Source: Bacteroidetes bacterium RIFCSPLOWO2_12_FULL_35_15 (GTDB lineage Bacteria > Bacteroidota > Bacteroidia > 2-12-FULL-35-15). From it: a stretch of DNA of 64,000 nt. Each line of letters opens with the position of its first letter. Position 1 is the first letter of the stretch. Positions 16,375-26,908 of the stretch are shown one piece after another. The notes below the pieces were generated by a model. The model worked only from the letters and a program-made list of their open reading frames with translations, did not search any database and had not been told where the DNA came from. The translations under genes and the position numbers were made by a program. The stretch lies in assembly GCA_001769385.1 (NCBI GenBank), contig MEPB01000025.1:10707-74706 (forward strand), read 5' to 3'.

Positions 16375-17004
16375 TTAACGCTTCCAGATATCAAACAAAC
16401 GAACATTCAAACTCAGGTTAATCAGCAAGTGACCTTCAATGCCTCTGACTTTTTCCTTTTCAATAAAAACATCTTTATTTCCATCGATTTCAAAAACAGT
16501 AGCGCGTACATCATAACCAAGGTGCATCATGTATTGTGTGGTGAGTGAAAGATCCATTCTGTCGGTAATATTATAATGTGCTCCTATTCCGGCTTGCACG
16601 GCACTGCTCCATTTGTCTTTATAAAAAGTGCTGTTGTTTTTTGAAACTTTGGTATAATCAAAACAATGTCCGGCAAGGATATAAGGCGTTAATTTTCCTT
16701 TTGTCGTTTCACAATTAAATGGATATGCAACAACCGACCAGCCAATATGTTCATCTACTCTTCGGGCAATTCCGCTAATATCAGTTGTAATATAATCAGC
16801 AAACCAATCGGTATTCATCCGTTTATTTATTCGTATCCTAAACTGTCCGCCATAACCAAATCCATTTGCTCCATCATCACTAAATGCACTAACAGTATTG
16901 CGCACACCTAATTGAAAATATCCGCTTTCGGTATCCGCCTTTTGTTTTTCCTGTGCAATCCCTGAAAAAGGAATCAGCAAAAAGTATAGCATCCGTGTTT
17001 TCAT
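16375..17004 (-). CDS. small outer-membrane beta-barrel protein
   Basis: Signal peptide, Gly/aromatic-rich alternating strands; tandem with the previous barrel gene. Confidence 0.55.
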   Translation of the reverse strand: MKTRMLYFLLIPFSGIAQEKQKADTESGYFQLGVRNTVSAFSDDGANGFGYGGQFRIRINKRMNTDWFADYITTDISGIARRVDEHIGWSVVAYPFNCETTKGKLTPYILAGHCFDYTKVSKNNSTFYKDKWSSAVQAGIGAHYNITDRMDLSLTTQYMMHLGYDVRATVFEIDGNKDVFIEKEKVRGIEGHLLINLSLNVRLFDIWKR

Positions 17005-17167
17005 TTGAATAATATTATTGTTTATATGTAAAACTAAATATTACTTTGAAATATTGTGCGAAAAGCTGTTGAAAATCATTAATATTAAAATAAACGACTA
17101 AAAGTCAGTGTGTTGTGAAAACAAATAGAATATATAAAAAAATAAGTTGTAGGATTGAATTTGAATA

Positions 17168-17851
17168 TTATTTATGTTTTTTTTTAGGAGGTAAGGCAGC
17201 GGATTGAAAATCTTTTTTCCATTCAAAAGTTTCTATCATGTGGTAAATATCTTTTTGAATAAACTTTAAAACCGGTGAAATGGAATCAGTGTTAGGGGCA
17301 ACATTGAAGTACAATGCGCCACGTAAAAAATGTTTTGTGCTATCTGTTAAAAAAAACTGGAAGGAAGAAGCAGCATTGCCTTCGATCTCATATATCAACC
17401 CATATACTTTGCTGGAATCTTTTGCAATTGTTTGCTGCGAAATCCCTGATGCCTTTATCTGATGCTTTGAGGCATAATGATAGGTTTCTTCGAGGTTTTC
17501 AATTAGATCACCTTTTAGTTCTTTATATGTTAAATTTAAGGTGCCATTGAATGTTGGAAAATTCAGGTTCAGCCAGGCTGTTTCAGCATTAAAACTTTTT
17601 CCTTTTTCCATTTTTGAATAAGAGGGGATCTCAAATGTGAAAGGTAAAACAGAATCGTACAATACATATTTTTTTTCAGGAAATGTAAGACGGAAATAAG
17701 CTCTTGGTTTGGGTGCGATTGTATCATCATCGCTGCCACAAGAAGAAAGATAAAAAACAGTAAACAAAAGACAAATGAAAAGAAAGGAAGGAGCTTTCAC
17801 AACCTGAAATCTGAAATTTGAAATTTGTAAACTATTCTTCATTTCTTTCAA
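17168..17851 (-). CDS. gldD: gliding motility lipoprotein GldD
   Basis: Lipobox (YLSSCGSD). PKPRAYFRLTFPEKKY...YEIEGNAASSFQFFLTDSTKHFLRGALYF...D.I.P matches GldD as I recall it. Overlaps the 3' end of gldE as in the known gldE-gldD arrangement. Confidence 0.75.
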   Translation of the reverse strand: MKEMKNSLQISNFRFQVVKAPSFLFICLLFTVFYLSSCGSDDDTIAPKPRAYFRLTFPEKKYVLYDSVLPFTFEIPSYSKMEKGKSFNAETAWLNLNFPTFNGTLNLTYKELKGDLIENLEETYHYASKHQIKASGISQQTIAKDSSKVYGLIYEIEGNAASSFQFFLTDSTKHFLRGALYFNVAPNTDSISPVLKFIQKDIYHMIETFEWKKDFQSAALPPKKKHK

Positions 17852-19196
17852 TAGTTATTTTAACTCTTTTTATTCTTCGATTATCTGCTGATTCAATTGT
17901 AAAAAGTAAATTTTTAAAATTTATTTTGTCATTCTTTGATGGTATCCGGCCTTCAATTTCAATTAAAAAACCTGCCAATGTATCTGCTTCTCCTTTTGCA
18001 TCCTCAAAATCAGCTCCATCAATTTCCAAAATACGATATACATCATTTAACGCTGCTTTCCCTTCAAACACAAAGTTGTGTTTGTCTAATTTTGAATACA
18101 CCAGATCATCATCATCAAACTCATCATTAATTTCACCTACGATCTCTTCAATCACATCTTCTAATGTTACAACACCTGAAGTGCCTCCATATTCATCAAC
18201 AACTATTGCAAGATGTGTTTTTTTGTGTTGAAATTCACGCAATAAATCATCAATTTTTTTATTCTCAGGAACAAAAAAGGGTGGACGAATAATTTTGTGC
18301 CAGTCGAAATTATCCTGCTCATCTAAATATTGTAATAGATCTTTTGCATAGAGCACTCCCGCAATATTATCAATTGTACCTTTATAGATAGGAATACGGG
18401 AAAATCCGCATGCGATAATATCCGCAAGTAATTTTTTATATCCGGTTTCAAACTCAAATGCCGTGAAATCCATACGGGATTTCATAATTTGTTTTACATC
18501 GGTTGCGCCAAATTTTACAATGCCTTTAAGTATTTTGTGGTCCTCTTCCGGAATCTCATCTTCCGATGTGAGATCCAGTGCTTGTGATAATTCATCAACT
18601 GAAATATTATGGGATTTTTGTTTAATTAATTTATCGAGCAACGATGTTGAATAAATCAAAACGAAGCTTACCGGAGAAAATAAACGTTGTAAAAAGCGGA
18701 CAAAATACACTAGGATCCGTGTTGACTTTAATGGATTTTGAGTAGCATATATTTTTGGAATGACTTCTCCAATTAATAAAATTAAAAAAGTTACAACTAT
18801 TACCTGTATTACAAAACCCGCAGTTTGGCTTTCTGAAAAATCAAACAAAGCAACATCATCTTGCTTCATACCAAAAATAAATGTGGCATTTATTATTACG
18901 ATGGCAATATTAATAAAATTGATACTTATTAAAACTGTTGCCAATAATCGTTTAGGAGTTGAAATCATCAAAAGGATTTTTTCATCAGTTTTTGTTCCTG
19001 ATGTTTTCAACTCTTCCATGTCTGTAGGACTGAGTGAAAAAAATGCCGATTCAGCAGCCGAAACGAATGCAACAATGATCAACAATACAAACATTGATAA
19101 TATTGCAAATAAAATACTTACAGAAAAAGAGTTAACGATAATGCTTAAGAGCAATGATGTATTTGCCACTAAATGCAAGCTATTCAGGATATCCAA
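17832..19196 (-). CDS. gldE: gliding motility-associated protein GldE (CNNM/DUF21 + CBS pair + CorC_HlyC)
   Basis: 454 aa: N-terminal 4-TM DUF21 region, CBS pair (IMKSRMDF...IPIYKGTIDNIAGVLYAKDLL), C-terminal CorC/HlyC transporter-associated domain. ssb-gldE-gldD order. Confidence 0.85.
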   Translation of the reverse strand: MDILNSLHLVANTSLLLSIIVNSFSVSILFAILSMFVLLIIVAFVSAAESAFFSLSPTDMEELKTSGTKTDEKILLMISTPKRLLATVLISINFINIAIVIINATFIFGMKQDDVALFDFSESQTAGFVIQVIVVTFLILLIGEVIPKIYATQNPLKSTRILVYFVRFLQRLFSPVSFVLIYSTSLLDKLIKQKSHNISVDELSQALDLTSEDEIPEEDHKILKGIVKFGATDVKQIMKSRMDFTAFEFETGYKKLLADIIACGFSRIPIYKGTIDNIAGVLYAKDLLQYLDEQDNFDWHKIIRPPFFVPENKKIDDLLREFQHKKTHLAIVVDEYGGTSGVVTLEDVIEEIVGEINDEFDDDDLVYSKLDKHNFVFEGKAALNDVYRILEIDGADFEDAKGEADTLAGFLIEIEGRIPSKNDKINFKNLLFTIESADNRRIKRVKITIERNEE

Positions 19197-19277
19197 AATA
19201 TATTTTTTTTAATACGAATGTTCGAAACAAAGATATTGCTTTGCTCCTAACATTGCATTTTAATTTAATTTATCAGA

Positions 19278-19685
19278 TCAGAAAGGCTGATTGTCTCCGG
19301 TTTTTGTACCTGCAACTCCTGTATCATCCGTTCCTGTTGTAGATGGAGAATGTTCTTTTTTACTTAAAATAGTAAATGTGTCACCAACTATTTCGGTTGT
19401 GTAACGTTTATGACCTTCTTTATCGTCCCATGAACGTGTACGTAATTTACCTTCGATATAAATGGTCATTCCTTTTTTCAGATATTTTTCTGCTATTTCT
19501 GCCAAGCCGCGCCAAACAACAATGTTGTGCCATTCGGTTTGTTCATTGCGCTGTCCGGTTTTATCTTTGTAAGATTCAGTTGTAGCCAATGGAAAGTTTG
19601 CAACAACGGCACCTCCTTCTAAATGCCTTACTTCGGGATCTTTCCCTAAATTTCCCACTAAAATAACTTTGTTAACGCCTGCCAT
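19278..19685 (-). CDS. ssb: single-stranded DNA-binding protein
   Basis: [20 protein letters not shown]...[16 protein letters not shown]-fold signature and acidic/aromatic C-terminal tip (…GDNQPF). ATG at 19685. Confidence 0.95.
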   Translation of the reverse strand: MAGVNKVILVGNLGKDPEVRHLEGGAVVANFPLATTESYKDKTGQRNEQTEWHNIVVWRGLAEIAEKYLKKGMTIYIEGKLRTRSWDDKEGHKRYTTEIVGDTFTILSKKEHSPSTTGTDDTGVAGTKTGDNQPF

Positions 19686-19780
19686 AAAATTAATTTTAAG
19701 TTTTAATAATAACAAATATAAATATTACAAGAGGATATACTACTTCCAATCAAAAAAATATTTATATTTTAGTGCTCTCA

Positions 19781-20455
19781 ATGGGTAATAATAATTCTAA
19801 AAAAACTAAATTGAAAAAAACTAAACTATATCCGGTATTATATTTTTTAATCCTGTTTGCGTTTGTTGCAAAAGCACAACAAGGGGAGTCTGAAAAATGC
19901 ATTGGCGAAGGTAAATTTATTGTAGATGCCTATTACGGTTACCCTTATGTGATGGGAAACTATATAAGGGATTCGTACAGTAACTACTATACCGGAACTT
20001 TAAGTGAAGAAAAAGTTGTGAATTATAACCATGTGGGTGGAAAATGTGAGTATTTGATAAACGATATGGTGGGTATGGGAGTAGATTATACGTATGCGAA
20101 AGTGATCTATACTTATACGGATGCATATTATGTTAGTGGACAATCGGCACCAAAATATGACCGATTTACAGAAAGTCTTACCAAACAGAGATTTTTACTA
20201 AGGGTCAACATCCATTTTGCTACTACAAGTGAGTTGGATCCATATGCCACGGCCGGTGTTGGATATAAGCAAACTATTTTTAAGACTAATAATCCCAATA
20301 ATTACAATTATGATATGTCTTTTTTTAATGCATTTCCTGTAGCATTTAGACTCGGTGCAGGACTACGCTGGTTTTTTTCAAATAATATTGGTGTTTGTGT
20401 TGAAGCAGGGATAGGCGGTCCATCAATTCAGGGTGGCATATCTGCAAAATTCTAA
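19781..20455 (+). CDS. small outer-membrane beta-barrel protein
   Basis: Signal peptide (…AFVAKAQQ), Gly/Tyr-rich alternating strands, C-terminal ...GGISAKF. Confidence 0.6.
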   Translation: MGNNNSKKTKLKKTKLYPVLYFLILFAFVAKAQQGESEKCIGEGKFIVDAYYGYPYVMGNYIRDSYSNYYTGTLSEEKVVNYNHVGGKCEYLINDMVGMGVDYTYAKVIYTYTDAYYVSGQSAPKYDRFTESLTKQRFLLRVNIHFATTSELDPYATAGVGYKQTIFKTNNPNNYNYDMSFFNAFPVAFRLGAGLRWFFSNNIGVCVEAGIGGPSIQGGISAKF

Positions 20456-20526
20456 TATTTTTTTCTCCCGCTTTGAGTATGTAGAAAAATATTTTTATAA
20501 TTGATCTACAATTAGCAATTTTTTTT

Positions 20527-21810
20527 ATGATACCGAATTATAAATTAGCTGCAGAAGCTGTAAAAGAAGTAAAAAGCGGACATCGTGTTTTTGTTCACGG
20601 CAGTGCAGCAACTCCATTGCATCTTTTGAAAGCTCTTTTTAAAAGAAAAGAAGAATTAAATAGTGTTGAATTAGTATGTATAAGCACATTAGGGGATGCA
20701 GGTTTTGATCAAACAGATTTCGGGAAAAGTTTTTTTATTAATTCATTATTCGTTTCTGAGAACATCAGAGAGATCGTAAATAGTGAACATGGTGATTATA
20801 TTCCTGTTTTTTTAAGTGAGATCAATCAGTTATTTGACAAAGGGATTTTGCCTTTGGATGTTGCTTTAATTCATGTTTCTCCTCCCGATTCACATGGTTA
20901 TTGTTCTCTTGGAACCTCCATTGATATAGCACGTTCAGCAATTCGGAATGCAAAATACATCATTGCCCAGGTAAATAAACAAATGCCCCGTACTCATGGA
21001 GATGGCATGGTTCATATAAATACTATAAATGCTTTTGTTGAAATAGATGAAGCCTTACCGGAGGTGAGTTATCAAAATAAAATAAATGGTAATGCATTAA
21101 CAATTGGAAAATATTGCGCAGAACTGATCGAGGATCGTTCCACTTTGCAAATGGGAATTGGGGCAATTCCGGATGCCGTTCTTTCTTGTCTTCACAACCA
21201 TAAAGACCTTGGTATCCATACCGAAATGTTTTCAGATGGAGTGATTCCACTAGTTGAAAAAGGAATTGTTACAAATAAATATAAGAATAAGCATCGCGGA
21301 AAAATTGTGACAGGCTTTGTAATTGGCACAAAAAAATTATATGATTTTGTGAATGATAATTCTTCTGTGGCTTTTTTAGATTCTGATTATGTGAACGATA
21401 CAAAGGTGATCAGGACAAATCCGAAAGCGGTAGCTATTAACTCTGCCCTTGAAATAGATCTCACCGGACAAATTTGTGCTGACTCGATTGGTTTTTATCA
21501 ATATTCGGGTGTGGGCGGGCAAATGGATTTTATGCGTGGAGCAGCTCTTTCAGATGGAGGAAAGCCAATTATAGCGATGAATTCAATGACAAAAACAGGT
21601 GAATCAAAAATAGTCCCTTTTCTTAAAACTGGCGCAGGTATTGTTACAACAAGAGCCCATGTTCATTATGTTGTTACTGAATTTGGTGTGGCTTATTTAT
21701 TCGGGAAAAACCTAAAACAAAGGGCAGATGCCTTGGTAAGTATAGCACACCCTTCTCATCAGGAAGCCTTGGCGAAGGCAATTTTCCAGCGATTTGGAAA
21801 AGAAATATAG
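20527..21810 (+). CDS. acetyl-CoA hydrolase/transferase family protein (4-hydroxybutyrate CoA-transferase-like)
   Basis: 427 aa; LQMGIGAIPDAV, HTEMFSDG and GVGGQMDFMRGA motifs typical of this CoA-transferase family. Confidence 0.9.
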   Translation: MIPNYKLAAEAVKEVKSGHRVFVHGSAATPLHLLKALFKRKEELNSVELVCISTLGDAGFDQTDFGKSFFINSLFVSENIREIVNSEHGDYIPVFLSEINQLFDKGILPLDVALIHVSPPDSHGYCSLGTSIDIARSAIRNAKYIIAQVNKQMPRTHGDGMVHINTINAFVEIDEALPEVSYQNKINGNALTIGKYCAELIEDRSTLQMGIGAIPDAVLSCLHNHKDLGIHTEMFSDGVIPLVEKGIVTNKYKNKHRGKIVTGFVIGTKKLYDFVNDNSSVAFLDSDYVNDTKVIRTNPKAVAINSALEIDLTGQICADSIGFYQYSGVGGQMDFMRGAALSDGGKPIIAMNSMTKTGESKIVPFLKTGAGIVTTRAHVHYVVTEFGVAYLFGKNLKQRADALVSIAHPSHQEALAKAIFQRFGKEI

Positions 21811-21818
21811 AAATCAGT

Positions 21819-22598
21819 TTATACTTCCACCATATTTGTTAATGCAACAAAATCCGCAACAGATAATTCTTCTGCCCGTTGTGTAAGATATTTATGATCT
21901 AAAAATTCAGGTTTTAATTTGAAAGCTTTGATGGAATTTCGTAACGTTTTTCTACGTTGATTAAACCCCGCTTTTACAACTTGTTTAAAAAGTTTTTCAT
22001 TGCAGTCAAGTTGTTGAACCTCATTTCGCGTTAAACGGATAACAGCTGATTTTACGCGTGGGGGTGGATCAAAAACATTTTCATTTACAGTAAATAAATA
22101 TTCAATATCATAAAATGCCTGCAATAAAACACTTGTTATTCCATAGGTTTTATTTCGTGGCTTGGAAGCAATACGTTCCGCTACTTCCTTTTGGAACATA
22201 CCAACAACTTCCGGAACCTGGTTTTTATGATCAAGTACTTTAAATAAAATTTCCGTTGAAATATTATAAGGGAAATTTCCGATCACCGCAAAAGATTCGT
22301 TATCAAACAAATTGTTGAAATCAAGTTTTAAAAAATCTCCTTCAATAATTCTATTTTCAAGTACCGGAAAATGCTTTTTTAAATAAGCAATGGAATCCCA
22401 ATCAATATCTATAATATGAGTTTCAAAATCAGGTTCTGTAATTAAATATTTTGTTAGCACACCCATTCCCGGCCCCACCTCTAATACCTTTTTGTAAAGT
22501 GATGTGTGCTTCAGACTTTTTACAATATTTAGAGCGATGGTTTCATCTTTCAAAAAATGTTGTCCTAAATGTTTTTTTGCCCTTACCTCTTTTGTCAT
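21819..22598 (-). CDS. rsmA: 16S rRNA (adenine1518/1519-N6)-dimethyltransferase
   Basis: KK.LGQHFL.D, EVGPGMGVLT SAM motif, GNFPYNIST; 259 aa KsgA pattern. Confidence 0.95.
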   Translation of the reverse strand: MTKEVRAKKHLGQHFLKDETIALNIVKSLKHTSLYKKVLEVGPGMGVLTKYLITEPDFETHIIDIDWDSIAYLKKHFPVLENRIIEGDFLKLDFNNLFDNESFAVIGNFPYNISTEILFKVLDHKNQVPEVVGMFQKEVAERIASKPRNKTYGITSVLLQAFYDIEYLFTVNENVFDPPPRVKSAVIRLTRNEVQQLDCNEKLFKQVVKAGFNQRRKTLRNSIKAFKLKPEFLDHKYLTQRAEELSVADFVALTNMVEV

Positions 22599-22621
22599 TT
22601 TTATATGTTTGTTGCTTCCAA

Positions 22622-24091
22622 TTAGTTAGTACTTATTTTTTTATATTTACATACATCGCAATCTCCCATTCTAAATTCTATCCCATCTTTTATTAAAAGT
22701 CTTCCAAATTGATTTAACGAATCGGGGAATGTTTTTAACCAAATATCTTTGATAATATAAATATTCGGTTGCTGAAAAACTTCTTCCACGATCAATTGAT
22801 TTCTCACCCACGATTGGTCATTGGGTGTTGCTTTTATCATGTCAGGATTGGGACAAGAGGTAATATAAGAATTCCAATATTCAGAAATGATACCGACTTG
22901 ACCAAGTTTTTCAAATTCTCTAACAACCTCTACTTTGGGAGTTAACGTTTTCGGCCATATATATACTATGTTATAAATTGTGCCAATTCCGCCTATAAAT
23001 ACTGTTACAAATAAAATTGTTTTTATCATTTTCAGATAAATTGTTTTTGTTATTAAATTATCTAAAACCAATAAAATTACAAATGACAGAGAAATGTAAG
23101 TGCAAGTAAAATACCTCCTTGGGACACCATTAATAAAGGTCCATTTAGAAATAATTATTATTGCAAAAAGAAGGACTGCATCTAACAGAAAAAATAATAT
23201 CCATTTTGAGGATGTAGTATTGAATTTAATTTTTTTAAACAGCAGAATGGTAATTCCAAATAGGAGTAGTACAAAATAAGAATACACACTGGTAAAAGGT
23301 TCATTTGCTTTAAAGATAAAAAAGTCATAAATGGTATTCCATAAAATTGCAGTTGTCTCCTTCATGCTATTAAAATCAGCAAAAGTGGTGTAATCTTGCT
23401 TGTTTTGAGAAATATATTTGGCATAATGAATAAAAAGAACACCAATTATACAACCTGTTAAACCGTAATAAAATTCAAGTCTTTTGAATAGTGAGAAAGT
23501 GAATTTATGAGTCTTGAAAAAATATAATAGTTGTATCGCTAACAATAAAAAAACAGAGATCAGAGCCATGTCTGATACCCAGATCGCTGCGATAAGAAGG
23601 GTCGTTATTGTTAAAAGGTTTAAATGAACAAAAAAATTATTTTTTTGAATTTTTTCTTTCTGATAATTAACAAATAAATAACAAGCAATCGCAATTAAAC
23701 TATAGTGTATCCCAAATGAAAATTGAGTTACATCAATCAGACGCATAGGCGGGAAGAACCAAATTATTGCAAAAATAATTTTATAGAAATGTGATTTAAG
23801 AAAACTGGCAAATGCAAAAAAACCTAATAATAGAATTAAATAATGCGTAATTGCTTCAGAGGTAAGTGCAGAAAAATGAAATATTTTAAAAAAAACCTGA
23901 CCAAGTAAAGGTATTAAACTTCCCATCCGGTCTTGTCCCCAAAAATATAGATCGTTAGGTAATTTAAAATAATGGATCATTAAAATACTTACTGCATTGT
24001 CAGAATTTAAGATCGGATAAAACAACGATGAATAAAAACGAAATGACAGGAGAAAAATTAAGGCAATTACAAAATAATAGATTTTCTTCAT
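22622..24091 (-). CDS. polytopic membrane protein, GT-C/ArnT-like glycosyltransferase candidate
   Basis: 489 aa with >10 hydrophobic helices and a ~100 aa soluble C-terminal domain. Assignment by architecture only. Confidence 0.45.
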   Translation of the reverse strand: MKKIYYFVIALIFLLSFRFYSSLFYPILNSDNAVSILMIHYFKLPNDLYFWGQDRMGSLIPLLGQVFFKIFHFSALTSEAITHYLILLLGFFAFASFLKSHFYKIIFAIIWFFPPMRLIDVTQFSFGIHYSLIAIACYLFVNYQKEKIQKNNFFVHLNLLTITTLLIAAIWVSDMALISVFLLLAIQLLYFFKTHKFTFSLFKRLEFYYGLTGCIIGVLFIHYAKYISQNKQDYTTFADFNSMKETTAILWNTIYDFFIFKANEPFTSVYSYFVLLLFGITILLFKKIKFNTTSSKWILFFLLDAVLLFAIIIISKWTFINGVPRRYFTCTYISLSFVILLVLDNLITKTIYLKMIKTILFVTVFIGGIGTIYNIVYIWPKTLTPKVEVVREFEKLGQVGIISEYWNSYITSCPNPDMIKATPNDQSWVRNQLIVEEVFQQPNIYIIKDIWLKTFPDSLNQFGRLLIKDGIEFRMGDCDVCKYKKISTN

Positions 24092-24151
24092 TTATTCTTA
24101 ATGATAAATAATCCTATCAGAATTCTTCTTTCATAAGATTTAAGAGGCGGA

Positions 24152-24451
24152 TTAAACTATTTCCAACAAAGTCCGGAATGCAACAAATTTATTTGCAAAT
24201 TTATCGGCATGTTCCTTTTGTAATTGGGGTGCATGTAAACGCTGGTATTCTTGCAAAGAATTCATGCTTTCGCAAGTATATTGTATAGAATAAGTGCTGC
24301 CTTGTTCTTCCTCAACAAGTACTTTACATATTTTATTTTCAATAAAAAAACCTGTCGCCATCACATCAGGAATGTGCTTTTCTTTCATCCATTGAAGCCA
24401 TTCATCATGTACATCATTTTCGATGTTTACTGTTATATTGTATATTATCAT
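24152..24451 (-). CDS. DUF4286 family protein
   Basis: MIIYNITVNIE..VH.EWL.WM...HIP.VM.TG.F pattern matches DUF4286 as I recall it; 99 aa. Confidence 0.7.
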   Translation of the reverse strand: MIIYNITVNIENDVHDEWLQWMKEKHIPDVMATGFFIENKICKVLVEEEQGSTYSIQYTCESMNSLQEYQRLHAPQLQKEHADKFANKFVAFRTLLEIV

Positions 24452-24485
24452 GTTTTTCTAATTATCAATTGTCCACTTTCCATTA

Positions 24486-26309
24486 TCAATTAATAGTATC
24501 TCCTCTTAATTTTCTGAATCGTTTACGTGCTTCCACCACATATAAACTTCCCGGGTATTTTTCTAATAACTGCTGATACAATTCTTTTGCTTTATCCGGG
24601 TTTTTGAATTGATTTTCGTTCAGGTCAGCTAATTTAAAAAGAGCATCATCGCCTAAAATATCCTCACTATAATTTTTAAGGATGTTTTCATATAATGCTG
24701 CAGCTTCTGTGTATTTGGCATGTTTCAGTTCTATCTGAGCTTTTTTATAAAGAATATCATCAGCCAAAGCATGGTTAGGATAAAGTTTATTTATTGAATC
24801 CAAGGTGAGTTTAGCCTGTTCATCTTTATTCTGAAATGCTAACAGATCTGCCCGGGCAAATATCATTAAAGGTGCTTCGTTAGTATCAATTGCGAGTGCA
24901 TCACTAATTAATAAGGAGAGATCCATAGCATCATTTGCAATTAATTTTGCAGTTGCACCTTTAAGCACATCCAGTTGTGCTTGAGCCCATTTGAAATCAC
25001 CGGTGTAATACGATATTTTTGCTACCCGAAATTTTGCTTCCTGACCTATTTCATCATGTTTGAATGTTTTTTCAACTTGCGAATAACGTAAGGAAGCTTC
25101 CCAGATATCGCCTGTCATTAATAAAATATCCGCTAATTCTAATTTACATTCGGCTTGTAAATGGACCTCTAATTGGGGCATTGCAATGGTTTCTTCCAGT
25201 AATGCAATGGCTTCAGTTGTTTTATTCAAATAAAATGCCTGCAAGTGAGCTAAATTTTTTAAAAGCGGAACCGTGCTTGCCGATTTACCTAATTCAGAAA
25301 GTGTGGTATAATAATTTTTTTCAAGTTCAGTCAGATCTGCAGGAGTATAATTTCCTTTTGAAACTACTTTTTGATAATATACATTCAACAATTCAATTCG
25401 TGCATTGGTGTAATAATAAACACCCGGACCTTTGGCAATGATGTATTGGTAAGCTTTGATTGCAACATCATATGCTTCATTCTGCGCGAAGAGTTGTCCT
25501 AATCCCATCATGCGATTGCCTTCTTCTTTTTTTCGTTTGTCCAATGCTTTACCTTGTACAAATGCTCCTTCCCAATCTTTTTGTTGAATCTGCATCCATA
25601 TTAAAAGTTCTGAAAGTATTGTTTTGTCAGGATTTTTTGCGATGCGTTTCAATAATTCGATTTTTAATAATTCGTTTTGTTTCGGGTCAGCATCATTTCC
25701 AAAACTGGTTTGTAACGCATTTTGAACACTTTGTAAATAGGAATCATTTATTTCAAGGGCACTTAACAACTCGTTGATCATTCCAATTTTGTCCCCTTTT
25801 GTATTATAAATAGTTGCCAGTTCAAAACTGTATGGATAATTATTCCGGGAGATCTTTCTGCCTTTCAAATAAGCAGCAATAGCATAATCATTTTGTTGAA
25901 TGGCGATAAAAGCATTTGCGACTGCAAATACCTGGTCATCCTGTTTAATTGATTTTATTGCCTGTTCCCAGGTGCTTTTTGCTTTGTCGGGTTCTTCACT
26001 TCTGATGTAAACGGTTCCTAAGTCAACAACAAAATTTAAACTTTCAGGATTTTGTTTGATCTGTTTTTTAGCTATTTTTTCTGCCTTTTTAAAATCTTTT
26101 GTCTCGAGCAAACAATTCAAATAAGGGGTGTAAAAAAGTTGGGGGGATTTTTTATTGTATAATTTTTCATAGTATTCCAATGCTTTATCAAATTCCTTGT
26201 TTTGATAAAACTGTTGCGCTAATTGCTCATCGGTACTGGGTTGAGCACTGATGTGGCTTTGTATGAATACAAATGCGAAGAGGAATAATATGTGTTTTGT
26301 TTTTTTCAA
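24486..26309 (-). CDS. tetratricopeptide-repeat protein, secreted
   Basis: Signal peptide then repeated A..Y/A..F TPR-like 34-mers over 607 aa. Confidence 0.8.
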   Translation of the reverse strand: MKKTKHILFLFAFVFIQSHISAQPSTDEQLAQQFYQNKEFDKALEYYEKLYNKKSPQLFYTPYLNCLLETKDFKKAEKIAKKQIKQNPESLNFVVDLGTVYIRSEEPDKAKSTWEQAIKSIKQDDQVFAVANAFIAIQQNDYAIAAYLKGRKISRNNYPYSFELATIYNTKGDKIGMINELLSALEINDSYLQSVQNALQTSFGNDADPKQNELLKIELLKRIAKNPDKTILSELLIWMQIQQKDWEGAFVQGKALDKRKKEEGNRMMGLGQLFAQNEAYDVAIKAYQYIIAKGPGVYYYTNARIELLNVYYQKVVSKGNYTPADLTELEKNYYTTLSELGKSASTVPLLKNLAHLQAFYLNKTTEAIALLEETIAMPQLEVHLQAECKLELADILLMTGDIWEASLRYSQVEKTFKHDEIGQEAKFRVAKISYYTGDFKWAQAQLDVLKGATAKLIANDAMDLSLLISDALAIDTNEAPLMIFARADLLAFQNKDEQAKLTLDSINKLYPNHALADDILYKKAQIELKHAKYTEAAALYENILKNYSEDILGDDALFKLADLNENQFKNPDKAKELYQQLLEKYPGSLYVVEARKRFRKLRGDTIN

Positions 26310-26315
26310 AATAAG

Positions 26316-26864
26316 TTATTTCTTCTTTTTAATTTTAAAACCAATAGGGATTCTTGGTTTTTGTTTTGCTTTTTTATCACTTAGTTCATCAATGTATTGA
26401 AACACTATTTCAATATTTTTGGTGTTATTTTCTGTTTTCTTTTCTAATTTTTCAATCGCTAATCGCAACTCGGTATTGTCTGTTAATGCTTGTTTAATTT
26501 GTGTAAAAATGCGCATAATTTTAATGTTTACATCAATAGCCCTGTCACTATTTAATACACTTGATAACATTAAAACACCGTGTTCGGTAAAACAAAAAGG
26601 AGAGTAGCGTAATCCCATCTTATCGGAATTGGAGGTCGCAATTTGCGACCTCCAATTTTCTAGTTCTGTTTTATTCATTTCAAACATAAAGTCTTCCGGA
26701 AATCGTTTGAGGTTTCGTTTGACAGACTCCTTTAGACGTTTTGTTTGTACTTCATAAAGAACAGCAAGGTCGCGATCTATCATAACCTTTTGTCCTCTGA
26801 TTAAATAAATTTTGTTCATTATTAGTTCATCAGGAATAATAATGGAGGTTATTTTTTTTGACAT
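26316..26864 (-). CDS. ORF6N (KilA-N-related) domain DNA-binding protein
   Basis: IYLIRGQKVMIDRDLAVLYEVQTKRLKESVKRNLKRFPEDFMFEM...RSQIATS...YSPFCFTEHGVLMLSSVLNSDRAI is the ORF6N signature. ATG at 26864. Confidence 0.8.
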   Translation of the reverse strand: MSKKITSIIIPDELIMNKIYLIRGQKVMIDRDLAVLYEVQTKRLKESVKRNLKRFPEDFMFEMNKTELENWRSQIATSNSDKMGLRYSPFCFTEHGVLMLSSVLNSDRAIDVNIKIMRIFTQIKQALTDNTELRLAIEKLEKKTENNTKNIEIVFQYIDELSDKKAKQKPRIPIGFKIKKKK

Positions 26865-26908
26865 AATTTTACTTTTTGTTGATATCGCAAAATGTGATAT
26901 CAAAGGAA

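Noticed and set aside
22622-24091. Large polytopic protein considered as part of a novel system with DUF4286 and the TPR protein.
   Set aside because: The genes are separated by spacers and have no functional link that I can support. The architecture fits an ordinary GT-C-type glycosyltransferase.
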